A stretch of DNA of 64,000 nt from Anaerolineae bacterium (lineage in GTDB: Bacteria; Chloroflexota; Anaerolineae; Epilineales; JAHCIE01): contig JAXLWK010000005.1 of assembly GCA_046328525.1 (NCBI GenBank), forward strand, positions 138,947 through 202,946, in the 5' to 3' direction. The translations under genes and the position numbers were made by a program. Position 1 is the stretch's first letter. Each line of letters opens with the position of its first letter. Of this stretch, positions 8,937 through 17,554 are shown piece by piece. The notes beneath the pieces were generated by a model. That model saw only the letters and a program-made list of their open reading frames with translations, made no database searches and was not told the DNA's origin.

Positions 8937-9899
8937 TTAGCCCTGGGTGCGGCGCGGGTCCAGGGCGTCGCGCAGGCCGTCGCCCATGAAGTTGATGCTC
9001 AGCACGGTGATGGAGATGAGCAGGCCGGGAAAGATCGCCAGCCACGGGAACTGCTCGATGTAATCGCGCGAGTCGTAGAGCAGGCGGCCCCACGTCGGCA
9101 TGTCCGGCGGGAAGCCCACGCCCAGGAACGACAGCGTCGACTCCAGGATGATGGCCGCGCCGACGCTGAGTGTCGCCGCGACGATGATCGGACTCATGCT
9201 GTTGGGTAGGATGTGGCGGAACATGATATGCGGCGTGCGCGAGCCGACGGAGTGGGCCGCCTCGACGAACTCCTTCTGCTTCAGCGACAGGAAGGAGGCG
9301 CGGACAAGGCGGGAGATGGGCATCCAGCTCAACGCGCCGATGACGAACACCGTCAGGATGAAGATGCCCATGTTGATGCCGAACGCCTTGCGCAGCGAAT
9401 CGCGGAAGAGGTAGATGACGAGCAGCAGCACGGGCAGCGTCGGCAGCGCCAGGAACAGGTCGGTGACCCAGACGAGGCCATTGTCCGTCCGCCCCCCGAA
9501 GTAGCCAGAGAACGAACCAATGAAGGTGCCGAGGAAAACGGCCACGAGCATGGCGGCGATGCCGACGGCGATGGACACGCGGCCACCGTACAGCACCATG
9601 GACATCAGGTCGCGGCCTAGCGGGTCCGTGCCCATCGGATGCGAGATGGACGGGGCCTGGAAGGCGTTGGCGAAGTCGCCCACCGAGGCTACGTCCGTCG
9701 GCCAGATGACCGGCCCGACGACGACGGCGACGATCAGGATCGCCAGGACGATGGTGCCGATCATCGCCATGCGGTGGCGGCGATAGGCGGTCCACGCGTC
9801 CGACCAGAGCGAGCGCGGCTTCCGCATCTCGGCCGGGACGATCTTCGACTTGGGAGGCGCGGTTTTTGGGGCCTGGGGCAGGCGAACGGCTTCAGTCAT
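8937..9899 (-). CDS. peptide/nickel-type ABC transporter permease (DppC/OppC-like)
   Basis: Binding-protein-dependent transport motif region (SVGSRTPHIMFRHILPNSMSPIIV). ATG at 9899 overlaps the upstream permease stop by 8 nt. The track ORF extension to 10040 lies inside the neighbouring gene. Confidence 0.88.
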   Translation of the reverse strand: MTEAVRLPQAPKTAPPKSKIVPAEMRKPRSLWSDAWTAYRRHRMAMIGTIVLAILIVAVVVGPVIWPTDVASVGDFANAFQAPSISHPMGTDPLGRDLMSMVLYGGRVSIAVGIAAMLVAVFLGTFIGSFSGYFGGRTDNGLVWVTDLFLALPTLPVLLLVIYLFRDSLRKAFGINMGIFILTVFVIGALSWMPISRLVRASFLSLKQKEFVEAAHSVGSRTPHIMFRHILPNSMSPIIVAATLSVGAAIILESTLSFLGVGFPPDMPTWGRLLYDSRDYIEQFPWLAIFPGLLISITVLSINFMGDGLRDALDPRRTQG

Positions 9900-10851
9900 A
9901 CTTGATCCTCGGATCCAGGAAGGCGTAGATGACGTCCACGACGAGGTTGAAGAAGACGACCAGGACGGCCGAGATGAACACGATGGCCATGACCACCGGG
10001 GTATCACTGTTGAAGATCGAGTTGATGAGCAGGTCCCCAATGCCCGGCACGCGGAATATCTGCTCGGTGACGATCGCGCCTGTGAAGATCGCCGGCAGGC
10101 TGAGGGCGATCAGCGTCACGACGGGGATGAGGCTGTTGCGCAGAACGTGGCCGCGCACAACCACCTGCTCCCGCAGGCCCTTCGCCCGTGCCGTGCGCAC
10201 GTAGTCCTGGGGCAGGTTGTCGAGCATGGACGAGCGGGTGAAGCGCGTCAGTGTCGCCATCTGGAACAGCGCCAGGACCGCGATGGGCATGATGCTCTGC
10301 TTGAGCATCTCGATGAGCGTCTGGAAGTTGGTGACCTTTAAGGTCGAGTCGTAGATGAAGGGCAGCCAGCCCAGCTTGACGCTGAAGATGATGATGAACA
10401 GGGTGCCGGTGAAGAACGTCGGCATGGAGAAGCCGATAAAGGAGAAAGTGGTAGACGTCTGGTCGAACACTGAGTATTTTCTCACCGCCGATATGACGCC
10501 TATGGGTATCGCAAAGGCGACGGCCACCAGGTAGGCCGTGCCGACGATCCAGAGGGTGTTGGGGAGCCGCTGCCAGATGAGCTTCGTCACCGGCACGCGG
10601 CTGGCGAACGAGTAGCCCAGGTCGCCCTGCGCCGCCGCCGTCAGCCACTTCACGTAGCGAATGTAGGCCGGCTGGTCCAGGCCGAGCGAGCGTTTGATGT
10701 TTTCGCGCACCTCCGGCGGCACCGCCGGGTTGGCCGCGAACTGGGACATGGGGTCGCCCGGCGCCAGGGCCAGGATCATGAAGAGAATGAAACTCATCGC
10801 AATCAGGGTCGGGATGGCGATGAGAATCCGCCGCACGAGGTAACGTGTCAT
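9892..10851 (-). CDS. peptide/nickel-type ABC transporter permease (DppB/OppB-like)
   Basis: MTRYLVRRILIAIPTLIAMSFILFMI is a typical DppB N-terminus, and it has the EAA-like region YVRTARAKGLRE. Confidence 0.9.
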   Translation of the reverse strand: MTRYLVRRILIAIPTLIAMSFILFMILALAPGDPMSQFAANPAVPPEVRENIKRSLGLDQPAYIRYVKWLTAAAQGDLGYSFASRVPVTKLIWQRLPNTLWIVGTAYLVAVAFAIPIGVISAVRKYSVFDQTSTTFSFIGFSMPTFFTGTLFIIIFSVKLGWLPFIYDSTLKVTNFQTLIEMLKQSIMPIAVLALFQMATLTRFTRSSMLDNLPQDYVRTARAKGLREQVVVRGHVLRNSLIPVVTLIALSLPAIFTGAIVTEQIFRVPGIGDLLINSIFNSDTPVVMAIVFISAVLVVFFNLVVDVIYAFLDPRIKYD

Positions 10852-11086
10852 ACCCCCTCTTTCCGCCCGTGGGTGACCCGGGGAGGCGGTTACTCTCCGA
10901 CGACCCGTTGCCGATGGGCCGGGGAGACATGGTGAGCTACATGATCTCGACCGGCGGCCTGGCCGGACACGTCGCCGCCAATCTACCTGCGCGGCGTGTG
11001 ACGCAGGATTCTAGTCGAAGTCAATTAGATTGTCAAAGGGGCCGGAACAGCCCTCACCCCCCGTTCCCGTCGGTCTACCGCAGGGC

Positions 11087-11115
11087 GTAGGGGCGGGTTT
11101 GAAACCCGCCCCTAC
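11087..11115. repeat. 29-bp perfect palindrome GTAGGGGCGGGTTTGAAACCCGCCCCTAC (REP/terminator-like)
   Basis: The same element recurs at 59206-59234, and with two compensating changes at 20556-20584. This copy sits between the binding-protein remnant and the permease genes. Confidence 0.85.
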
Positions 11116-11130
11116 AGCATTATTCACAGC

Positions 11131-11703
11131 CTACCGATACCAGTTGGCGATGTCCCACAGCTCCGAATCCCACGAGTTCGGGATATTGCCCTTCAGGTCC
11201 TTCGCCTTGCCGTCGGCGCTCACGCCGCCGTTCTCGCGCGTTGGCACCTCGGCGGCGAGGGCGGCAACGGGCTTGCCGTCCGGCCCGATCCACGCCAGCG
11301 GCTCCAGGACGACGCTGGCCGCGTGGAAGTCCTTGGTTCCCACGGCAAGGTGGGAGTTGAGGATGGTGGGGGCTTGCCAGTAGAGAATCTTGAGGGTGTC
11401 ACCCTTGCCCCGCCCCTGCCCGGCGGTAGAGGCCGCGCCGGCTGCCGCAGCGGTGGGGGCAGCCGCCTTCGCAGCCGCGGCGGCGGTGGGGGCGGCGGCC
11501 GCGGCCGTCGGCGCGGCGGCCTTCGCGGCAGCGACTGCGGTGGGCGCGGCCGCCTGGGCAGCGGCGGCGGCCGTCGGCGCGACTTCCGCCGCTTTCTGCG
11601 CCGGGGCCGGCGCGGCCGGCGCCTGGGCGCAGGCGGCGGCGAGGACCAGGAGGGCCACCACGGCCAGGGCGAGGCCGAAGCGGCTCAAGCGAATCCGTTG
11701 CAT
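11131..11703 (-). pseudogene. internally deleted family-5 solute-binding protein paralog (in-frame remnant, 190 aa)
   Basis: The signal peptide, Ala/Pro linker and first ~65 mature residues align with the two full-length paralogs up to ...PTRENGGVSADGK. The sequence then jumps to the last 26 residues (AKDLKGNIPNSWDSELWDIANWYR). About 480 aa are missing. Confidence 0.75.
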
Positions 11704-11833
11704 GTGTCTCTCCTCATTGTGTGGTTTCGGGGTCGGACACGCTGTGCAGCGTATGGCGCGGGATTGTACACAGACCGCACCGGATTGTCAAAGCGCAGAA
11801 ATGTGTGACGGTGTGGCGGAGCGGCAGGGTGTT

Positions 11834-12075
11834 GGACCGCGAAAGGCGCGAAAGGGAGGAAAGGCACGAAAAAAGACGCAGCCACGTCGCAACAGGGGTG
11901 TTCCGCCACCGCACCCCAGGAGGCTTTAGCCCGGCGCTGAAGCGGACGGGATGCCTGGCTTCGCTCAGCGTGACAGACCTGGCCTATTTTCAACGGGGAC
12001 CACGAAAGACGCGAGAGGGTATCGGTCAGCGCGAGCCTTTCGCGCCTTTCGCCCTTTTCGCGCCCTTCGTGCTCC
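11834..12075. repeat. CGCGAAAGG-type MITE-like element with an internal insertion
   Basis: The left arm is ggaccgcgaaaggcgcgaaagggaggaaaggcacgaaaaa. The right arm is cctttcgcgcctttcgcccttttcgcgcccttcgtgctcc. The interior carries a GCTGAAGC...ATTTTCA-type segment also seen at 1990-2030 and 38200-38390. Confidence 0.65.
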
Positions 12076-12093
12076 GAACTTACGCTGACGAAA

Positions 12094-13995
12094 CTACCGC
12101 GACCAGTCCTGGATGTTCCACAGCTCGGAGTCCCAGGAGTTGGCGATGTAGCCCTTGATGTCCTTGGCCTTGCCGGCCAGCGGGAAGTTGCGGGCGACCA
12201 GCGGGATGGCGACGACATCGTTGACGACGATATCATTGGCCTTGATGATTAGGTCGGCGCGCTTCTTCGGGTCCAGCTCCGAGCGAAGCTGCTCGACGAT
12301 CTTGTCATACTCGGGGTTCGAGTAGCGGCTCGGGTTGGAGCCGCGCCACTCGTTCGACTTCTGCGCGATCTCCTTGGTCGTCCAGCCGTCGAGGTAGTTG
12401 GTCGGGTCGGGCTGGTCTGGCGCGTTGGTGTACATCTCGACGTCGGTGTAGAACTTCGCCGCCGTGTCCGGGTTGCCCGCGTCGCTGGAGAAGAACACGC
12501 CGGCGTTGACCGACTTCAGCTCGGTGTCCACGCCGATCTTCGCCCACTGCGCCTTGACCAGGTCCTGCGTCGCCTGGCGTACGGGGTTCACCGTCGTCTG
12601 GTACACCAGCTTCAGCTTCTGGCCGTCCTTCTCGCGGATGCCATCGGCGCCCTTCTTCCAACCCGCCTCGTCGAGGAGCGCGTTCGCCTTGTCAATGTCC
12701 TGCTTGCACGTCGTGTTCTTCGACTCGTAGTCCGGCACGCCGACGACAACGTTGCACGTCCCGACGCCGGCCTTGCCGTAGAGCTGGTTGGCGATCTGGG
12801 TGTTGTCAATGGCGAGCTTGAGCGCCTGGCGCACCTTCGGGTCGCTGAGCGCCGGGTGCTTCGTGCTCGGCTCGGACTTCGCGCCGTCCACTTCCTTGTT
12901 CGGGTCGGCGAAGTTGATGAGGATGCGCTCGACGTTGGCGCTCGTCGCCGTCACCAGGTCGGCCTTCGCGCCGGACGCCGTGACGAGCGGGCCGAGGGCG
13001 GCCCATGGAACCTGGAGGTTCCAGGCGTAGTCCACTTCGCCGGTCTGGAACGCCGCCCGCGCCGCGCTCGTCGCGTCGCCGCCGCCCTTGAGCTGGACGG
13101 TCTTGAAGAACGGCTTGCTGGCGTCGCGGTAGGTCTCGTTGATGGAGTAGGTCACCACATCGCCCGGCTTGAAGTCGTCCACCTTGTACGGCCCGGTGCC
13201 GATGGGCTTGAGGTTGCCGGGGGCGTCCTTCGCCTTCTCACCCATGTAATCCTGGAACTGCTTCTTCTGGATGATGGGCGAGAGGTTGCCGACGAAGATC
13301 TGGAACGGGTTGGGGTTCGATTCCTTGAACGTGATCTTGACGGTGTTCTTGTCCACCGCCTCGACCTTGTCAATGCCCTTGGTCTGCGACGCCTGCGTCG
13401 AGGCCGTCTTCTCGTCGGCGTTGTACTGGTACGTGAACACCACGTCGTCGGCCGTGAAATCCGTGCCGTCCGACCACTTCACGCCCGGCTTGAGCTTCCA
13501 GGTGACGGTCTTGCCGTCGGCCGAGAGGCCGCCGTTCTCGCGCGTCGGAATCTCGGCGGCCAGGGCCGGCACGGGCTTGCCGTCCGGGCCGAACCACGCC
13601 AGCGGCTCGGTGACGATGCTGGCCGCGTGCTGGTCCTTCGTGCCCTGGGACAGGTAGGTGTTCAGGATGGTGGGCGCCTGCCAGTACAGAACCTTGAGCT
13701 GGTCGCCCTTGCCGCGGCCCGCGCCAGCGGCGGCGGCGGCGGCAGCAGTTGGCGCAGCGGCCTTCGCAGCGGCGACAGCCGTGGGGGCAGCGGCGGCCGC
13801 CGTGGGAGCGGCGGCCTTCGCCGCGGCAACAGCGGTGGGCGCGGCCGGTTGGACGGCAGCCGCCGCCGTGGGCGCGGCGGCCGCCGGGGCCGCCGGCGCG
13901 GGAGCGGCCGGCGCCTGGGCGCACGCAGCCACGACGATAACAAGCATCGCCGCGACGATGAGCGCGCCAAGTCGGTACAAACCAGACTTGTGCAT
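12094..13995 (-). CDS. ABC transporter substrate-binding protein, family 5 (peptide/nickel type), paralog 2
   Basis: Signal peptide MHKSGLYRLGALIVAAMLVIVVAAC, an Ala/Pro linker, then an SBP_bac_5-like body (KVLYWQAPTILN, TWKLKPGVKWSDGTDFTADDVVFTY). ATG 13995 follows GGAGG. The track extension to 14106 is not supported. Confidence 0.88.
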   Translation of the reverse strand: MHKSGLYRLGALIVAAMLVIVVAACAQAPAAPAPAAPAAAAPTAAAAVQPAAPTAVAAAKAAAPTAAAAAPTAVAAAKAAAPTAAAAAAAGAGRGKGDQLKVLYWQAPTILNTYLSQGTKDQHAASIVTEPLAWFGPDGKPVPALAAEIPTRENGGLSADGKTVTWKLKPGVKWSDGTDFTADDVVFTYQYNADEKTASTQASQTKGIDKVEAVDKNTVKITFKESNPNPFQIFVGNLSPIIQKKQFQDYMGEKAKDAPGNLKPIGTGPYKVDDFKPGDVVTYSINETYRDASKPFFKTVQLKGGGDATSAARAAFQTGEVDYAWNLQVPWAALGPLVTASGAKADLVTATSANVERILINFADPNKEVDGAKSEPSTKHPALSDPKVRQALKLAIDNTQIANQLYGKAGVGTCNVVVGVPDYESKNTTCKQDIDKANALLDEAGWKKGADGIREKDGQKLKLVYQTTVNPVRQATQDLVKAQWAKIGVDTELKSVNAGVFFSSDAGNPDTAAKFYTDVEMYTNAPDQPDPTNYLDGWTTKEIAQKSNEWRGSNPSRYSNPEYDKIVEQLRSELDPKKRADLIIKANDIVVNDVVAIPLVARNFPLAGKAKDIKGYIANSWDSELWNIQDWSR

Positions 13996-14201
13996 GGGTC
14001 CTCCAGAGTGTTGTCCGTGAGAGATGTCGGGGGACACCGGCAGCCTGCGAGGGCTGGCCTCGTCGTTGAGACCCTCATTCCGGAGCCGTTCCGTAATGGA
14101 CGCCAATTCTATGAGAGTTGGCCGCGCTTGTCAAAAGCGTCGTCCCACCATACGCAACAACGCCCCGGAGGCGTGCTCCGGGGCGTTCCGCATACACGAC
14201 A

Positions 14202-14244
14202 CTCACCCAGCCTCTCCCCTTGTGGGAGAGGGATGGGGTGAGGG
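14202..14244. repeat. GGGAGAGG-type palindromic repeat
   Basis: ctcacccagcctctccccttgtgggagagggatggggtgaggg. Confidence 0.75.
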
Positions 14245-14248
14245 CTGC

Positions 14249-16165
14249 TTACTGCGACTTCGACCAGTCGGCGATGTTCCACAGCTCCGACGACCACGGG
14301 TTGGGCGTCGGACCCTTCAGGTCCTTGACCTTGCCGGAGGTCGGCGATGTGCGCGCGACGAGCGGAATGACCACGACGTCGTTGACCAGCGTGTCGTTGG
14401 CCTTGATCACGAGGTCACGGCGCTTGGCCGGGTCGGTCTCGGTGCGCAACTGCGCGATGAGCTTGTCGTACTCGGCGTTCGAGTAGCGGCTCGGGTTGGT
14501 GCAGCGCCACTGGTTCGCCTGCGAGCAGATTTCCTTCGTCGTCCACCCGTCGAGGTAGTTGATGAAGTCCGGCTGCTCGGAGTTGTTGGTGTACATCTCG
14601 ATGTCGGTGTAGAACTTGTTGGCCGTGTCCGGGTTGCCCGCGTCGGTCGAGAAGAACACGCCGGCGTTGATGGCCTTCAGCTCGGTGTCCACGCCGATCT
14701 TCGCCCACTGCGCCTTGATGAGGTCCTGGGTCGCCTGGCGCACCGGGTTCACCGTCGTCTGGTAGACCAGCTTCAGCTTCTGGCCGTCCTTCTCGCGGAT
14801 GCCGTCGGCGCCCTTCTTCCAGCCGGCCTCGTCGAGAAGTGCGTTCGCCTTGTCAATGTTCTGCTGGCACGACGTGTTCTTCGACTCGAGGTCCGGCACG
14901 CCAACGACGATGTTGCACGTCGGAGCGCCGGCCTTGCCGTAGAGCTGGTTGGCGATCTGGGTGTTGTCAATGGCGAGGGCCAGCGCCTGGCGCACCTTGA
15001 GATCGCTCAGGATCGGGTGCTTCGTGCTCGGCTCGGAGCGCGCGCCGTTGACTTCCTTGTTCGGGTCGGCGAAGTTGATGAGCAGGCGCTCGACGTTGGA
15101 GCTGAGGGCGGTGACCAACTCGCCCTTGCTGCCAGCGCCAGAGACCAGGGGGTTCAGCGCAGCCCACGGCACCTGGAGGTTCCAGGCGTAGTCGGCCTCG
15201 CCCGTCTGGAACACGGCGCGCGCCGCACTCGTCGCGTCACCGCCGCCCTTGATCTGGACGCCCTTGAAGTAGGGCTTGTTGGGGTCGCGGTAGTACTCAT
15301 TGACCGAGTAGACGACCACGTCGCCGGGCTTGAAGTCGTCCACCTTGTACGGGCCGGTGCCGATGGGCTTCAGGTTGCCGGGGGCGTCCTTCGCCTTCTC
15401 ACCGATGTAATCCTGGAACTGCTTCTTCTGGATGATCATGCCCAGGTCGGACACGAAAATCTGGTAGGGGTTCGGGGTCGCTTCCTTGAACGTCACCTTG
15501 ACCGTGTTCTTGTCCAGCGCCTCGACCTTGTCCACGCCCTTCGTCGTCTGCGCGGTGACGCAGGCGGTCTTTTCATCGGCGCAGTACTGGTACGTGAACA
15601 CAACATCGTCGGCGGTGAAGTCCGTGCCGTCCGACCACTTCACGCCCGGCTTGAGCTTCCAGGTGATGCTCTTGCCGTCGGCGGCCACGCCGCCGTTCTC
15701 GCGCGTCGGGACCTCAGCGGCCAGGGCCGGCACGGGCTTGCCGTCGGGGCCGATCCAGGCCAGCGGCTCGAAGGTCACGCTGGCCGCGTGGTAGTCCTTC
15801 GTGCCCGAGGACAGGTGCGGGTTGAGAATGGTGGGCGCCTGCCAGTACAGAACCTTGAGGACGTCGCCCTTGCCGCGGCCTGCGGCGGCAGCCGCACCAG
15901 CCGCCGGCGCGGCGGTTGCCGCGGCAGCGGCAGCGGTCGGCGCGGCGGCCTTGGCAGCAGCGACAGCGGTCGGCGCGGCCGCCTGAACAGCGGCGGCGGC
16001 AGTCGGCGCGGCTTCCGCCGCCTTCTGGACGGCAGCCGCAGCGGTGGGCGCGGCGGCCGCGGGAGCAGGAGCCGCCGGCGCCTGGGCGCAGCCGGCGACG
16101 ATGATGACCAGGGCGATGAGCGCCCCGACCATCACCACGAGACGGTTGAGCGTAGCTTTGTGCAT
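14249..16165 (-). CDS. ABC transporter substrate-binding protein, family 5, paralog 1
   Basis: Collinear with 12094-13995 along its whole length, with many identical blocks (e.g. WKKGADGIREKDGQKLKLVYQTTVNPVRQATQDL). ATG at 16165 follows GGAGGAG. Confidence 0.88.
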   Translation of the reverse strand: MHKATLNRLVVMVGALIALVIIVAGCAQAPAAPAPAAAAPTAAAAVQKAAEAAPTAAAAVQAAAPTAVAAAKAAAPTAAAAAATAAPAAGAAAAAGRGKGDVLKVLYWQAPTILNPHLSSGTKDYHAASVTFEPLAWIGPDGKPVPALAAEVPTRENGGVAADGKSITWKLKPGVKWSDGTDFTADDVVFTYQYCADEKTACVTAQTTKGVDKVEALDKNTVKVTFKEATPNPYQIFVSDLGMIIQKKQFQDYIGEKAKDAPGNLKPIGTGPYKVDDFKPGDVVVYSVNEYYRDPNKPYFKGVQIKGGGDATSAARAVFQTGEADYAWNLQVPWAALNPLVSGAGSKGELVTALSSNVERLLINFADPNKEVNGARSEPSTKHPILSDLKVRQALALAIDNTQIANQLYGKAGAPTCNIVVGVPDLESKNTSCQQNIDKANALLDEAGWKKGADGIREKDGQKLKLVYQTTVNPVRQATQDLIKAQWAKIGVDTELKAINAGVFFSTDAGNPDTANKFYTDIEMYTNNSEQPDFINYLDGWTTKEICSQANQWRCTNPSRYSNAEYDKLIAQLRTETDPAKRRDLVIKANDTLVNDVVVIPLVARTSPTSGKVKDLKGPTPNPWSSELWNIADWSKSQ

Positions 16166-16417
16166 CGAGTCTCCTCCACGGGCATCAATATAGGGTAAAC
16201 GGGAAACAGATACACCCGGCGGCATGGGCGGCCGCGCAGCGGGCTGCTGCGATGCTCCCACACGGTCGGTGAGTGTAATGAGCAGAGATTGTACTTACTT
16301 GTTCAGTTTTCGGCAAATGTTCCCGATGCGAAACAAGCGCCCCTCCCAGGCGCTGCTGGGAGGGGCCGAATGTCTGCGGGCGGTCAACGGGCCGCGCCGG
16401 CGAGAACTTGTACAGCC

Positions 16418-16795
16418 GTCATTGCGAGACCCCAAGCCGTGTGACGGCATGTGCCGACGCAAGAACACTGTCAAGCTGTCATTGCGAGCGTCAGCGAAGC
16501 AATCCCCCGTCGGTGCGAAAGGCCGTCTGAGCGGCGGCGTGTCTTCCCCCCTTCCGAGAGATTGCTTCGTCGTCCTATCGTCCTCCTCGCAATGACGGCA
16601 TGTCCTATGTGTTCTGAGCAGCGTCAGCGAAGCAATCCGCCGCCCTTGATGCGAACGGTCTAAGCGGCTATGACGTCACTGCCGCCCACCGGGAGATTGC
16701 TTCGGCGGCAAGGCCCGCCTCGCAATGACGCCGCGAGTCTCGGTGTTCTGAGCAGACTCCCATGCCCCGTGGCAGCATTGGGTTCTCGCAGTGAC
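16418..16795. repeat. cluster of GTCATTGCGAG...AGCGAAGCAATC / GAGATTGCTTCG...CTCGCAATGAC long-hairpin repeats
   Basis: There are at least two adjacent units. In each, gtcattgcgagcgtcagcgaagcaatc pairs with a downstream gagattgcttcg...ctcgcaatgac, and gttctgagcag recurs at the unit ends. Confidence 0.75.
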
Positions 16796-16804
16796 AGCCA
16801 GGCC

Positions 16805-17158
16805 TCACATGCTGTTCTTGGTGACGCCGATGACGTGGCCTTCAGGGTCCGCGAAGAGGGCGAATGTCACCATGTTGGGGACAACGGTGACCGGCGCCAC
16901 CACGTGCCCCCCGGCCTCCACCGCCTTGTCCAGGTAAGCCTGGGGGTCGTCCACGCCGATGTAGAAGGTCACGTAGGGACCCATCGGGCTTTCGGGGCCG
17001 ATGCCCAGGCCGGCGTGGTCCATGTCGCCCTGGCCGCTCATGTGATAGTCCATGCCCGGCGCCGCCTGCATCTTCCACCCGAATACCGTCTCGTAGAATT
17101 CCTTCAGCTCCGACGGATTCTTCCCACCGATCTCGACCCACGATATTGAGTTCGTCAT
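16805..17158 (-). CDS. VOC (glyoxalase/bleomycin-resistance) family protein
   Basis: 117 aa. MTNSISWVEIGGKNPSELKEFYETVFGW...FALFADPEGHVIGV is a typical single-domain VOC fold. The upstream part of the track ORF is a translated MITE. Confidence 0.8.
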   Translation of the reverse strand: MTNSISWVEIGGKNPSELKEFYETVFGWKMQAAPGMDYHMSGQGDMDHAGLGIGPESPMGPYVTFYIGVDDPQAYLDKAVEAGGHVVAPVTVVPNMVTFALFADPEGHVIGVTKNSM

Positions 17159-17203
17159 GCCTGCCCTCCTGATGTGGCGCGACTTACGCGGTGGGTGGGC
17201 GTC

Positions 17204-17303
17204 GGACCACGAAGCACACGAAAGACTACGAAAAACGCGAAAGACACACGTCATATCGCTCCTTTTCGCGCCTTTCGCGTCCTTTCCGAACCTTTCGTGG
17301 TCC
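17204..17303. repeat. MITE-like element with GGACCACGAAAG terminal inverted repeats (cleanest copy)
   Basis: ggaccacgaagcacacgaaagactacgaaaaacgcgaaag ... cttttcgcgcctttcgcgtcctttccgaacctttcgtggtcc. Related copies are at 11834-12075, 31699-32069, 38133-38481 and 39653-39732. Confidence 0.8.
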
Positions 17304-17440
17304 AACGACTTGCCGACCGAGTAAGTTCCTTTGGTGAAAGCCATTGTATCAGAAATAACCTCAGTTGTAAAGCCAATTTAGAACAAATTTTCTTAACAAT
17401 TCGACGCCGTTTCGTAAGGCAAACGAAATGTTCCCGACTC

Positions 17441-17469
17441 TTGACACTCACCTCCAAATGTGCTATAAT
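17441..17469 (+). promoter_or_regulatory. consensus sigma-70 promoter
   Basis: TTGACA (17441-17446), a 17-nt spacer, then TATAAT (17464-17469), in a locally AT-rich stretch. Confidence 0.7.
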
Positions 17470-17475
17470 ACGAAG

Positions 17476-17489
17476 CGAACGAATGTTCG
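17476..17489 (+). promoter_or_regulatory. LexA (Cheo/SOS) box
   Basis: CGAACGAATGTTCG is a perfect match to the Gram-positive-type consensus CGAAC-RNRY-GTTCG. It sits at the predicted transcription start of the promoter above. Confidence 0.65.
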
Positions 17490-17554
17490 TTCTCGTGTTT
17501 CTTCCTTCTTACCCGGTCCTGTGCTGACCCTAGAATGCAGCGAAGGAAGCTCCC

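Noticed and set aside
11087-11115. The 29-bp palindromes containing GTTTGAAAC resemble CRISPR repeats
   Set aside because: There are only three copies, separated by about 9 kb and 39 kb. They are not arrayed with spacers and no cas genes are present. Their position at gene ends fits REP or terminator elements.
12315-12323. GGTTCGAGT, a T-arm-like motif suggesting a tRNA
   Set aside because: It lies inside the binding-protein coding sequence and recurs in the paralog at 14470-14480. No acceptor or anticodon stems can be drawn around it. No tRNA-like cloverleaf was found anywhere in the window.
14024-16198. 724-aa ORF on the plus strand (also 12856-14241, 461 aa)
   Set aside because: It is antisense to the two solute-binding protein genes. 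It is rich in Arg, Gly, Val, Asp, Leu and His and has no recognisable domain. The binding-protein frames have signal peptides, SD sites and family motifs.
16418-16795. A possible CRISPR-like or tandem array of GTCATTGCGAG repeats
   Set aside because: The units pair with each other as long hairpins, that is inverted partners and not direct repeats with unique spacers. Only two to three units are present. This is consistent with a dispersed palindromic repeat family.
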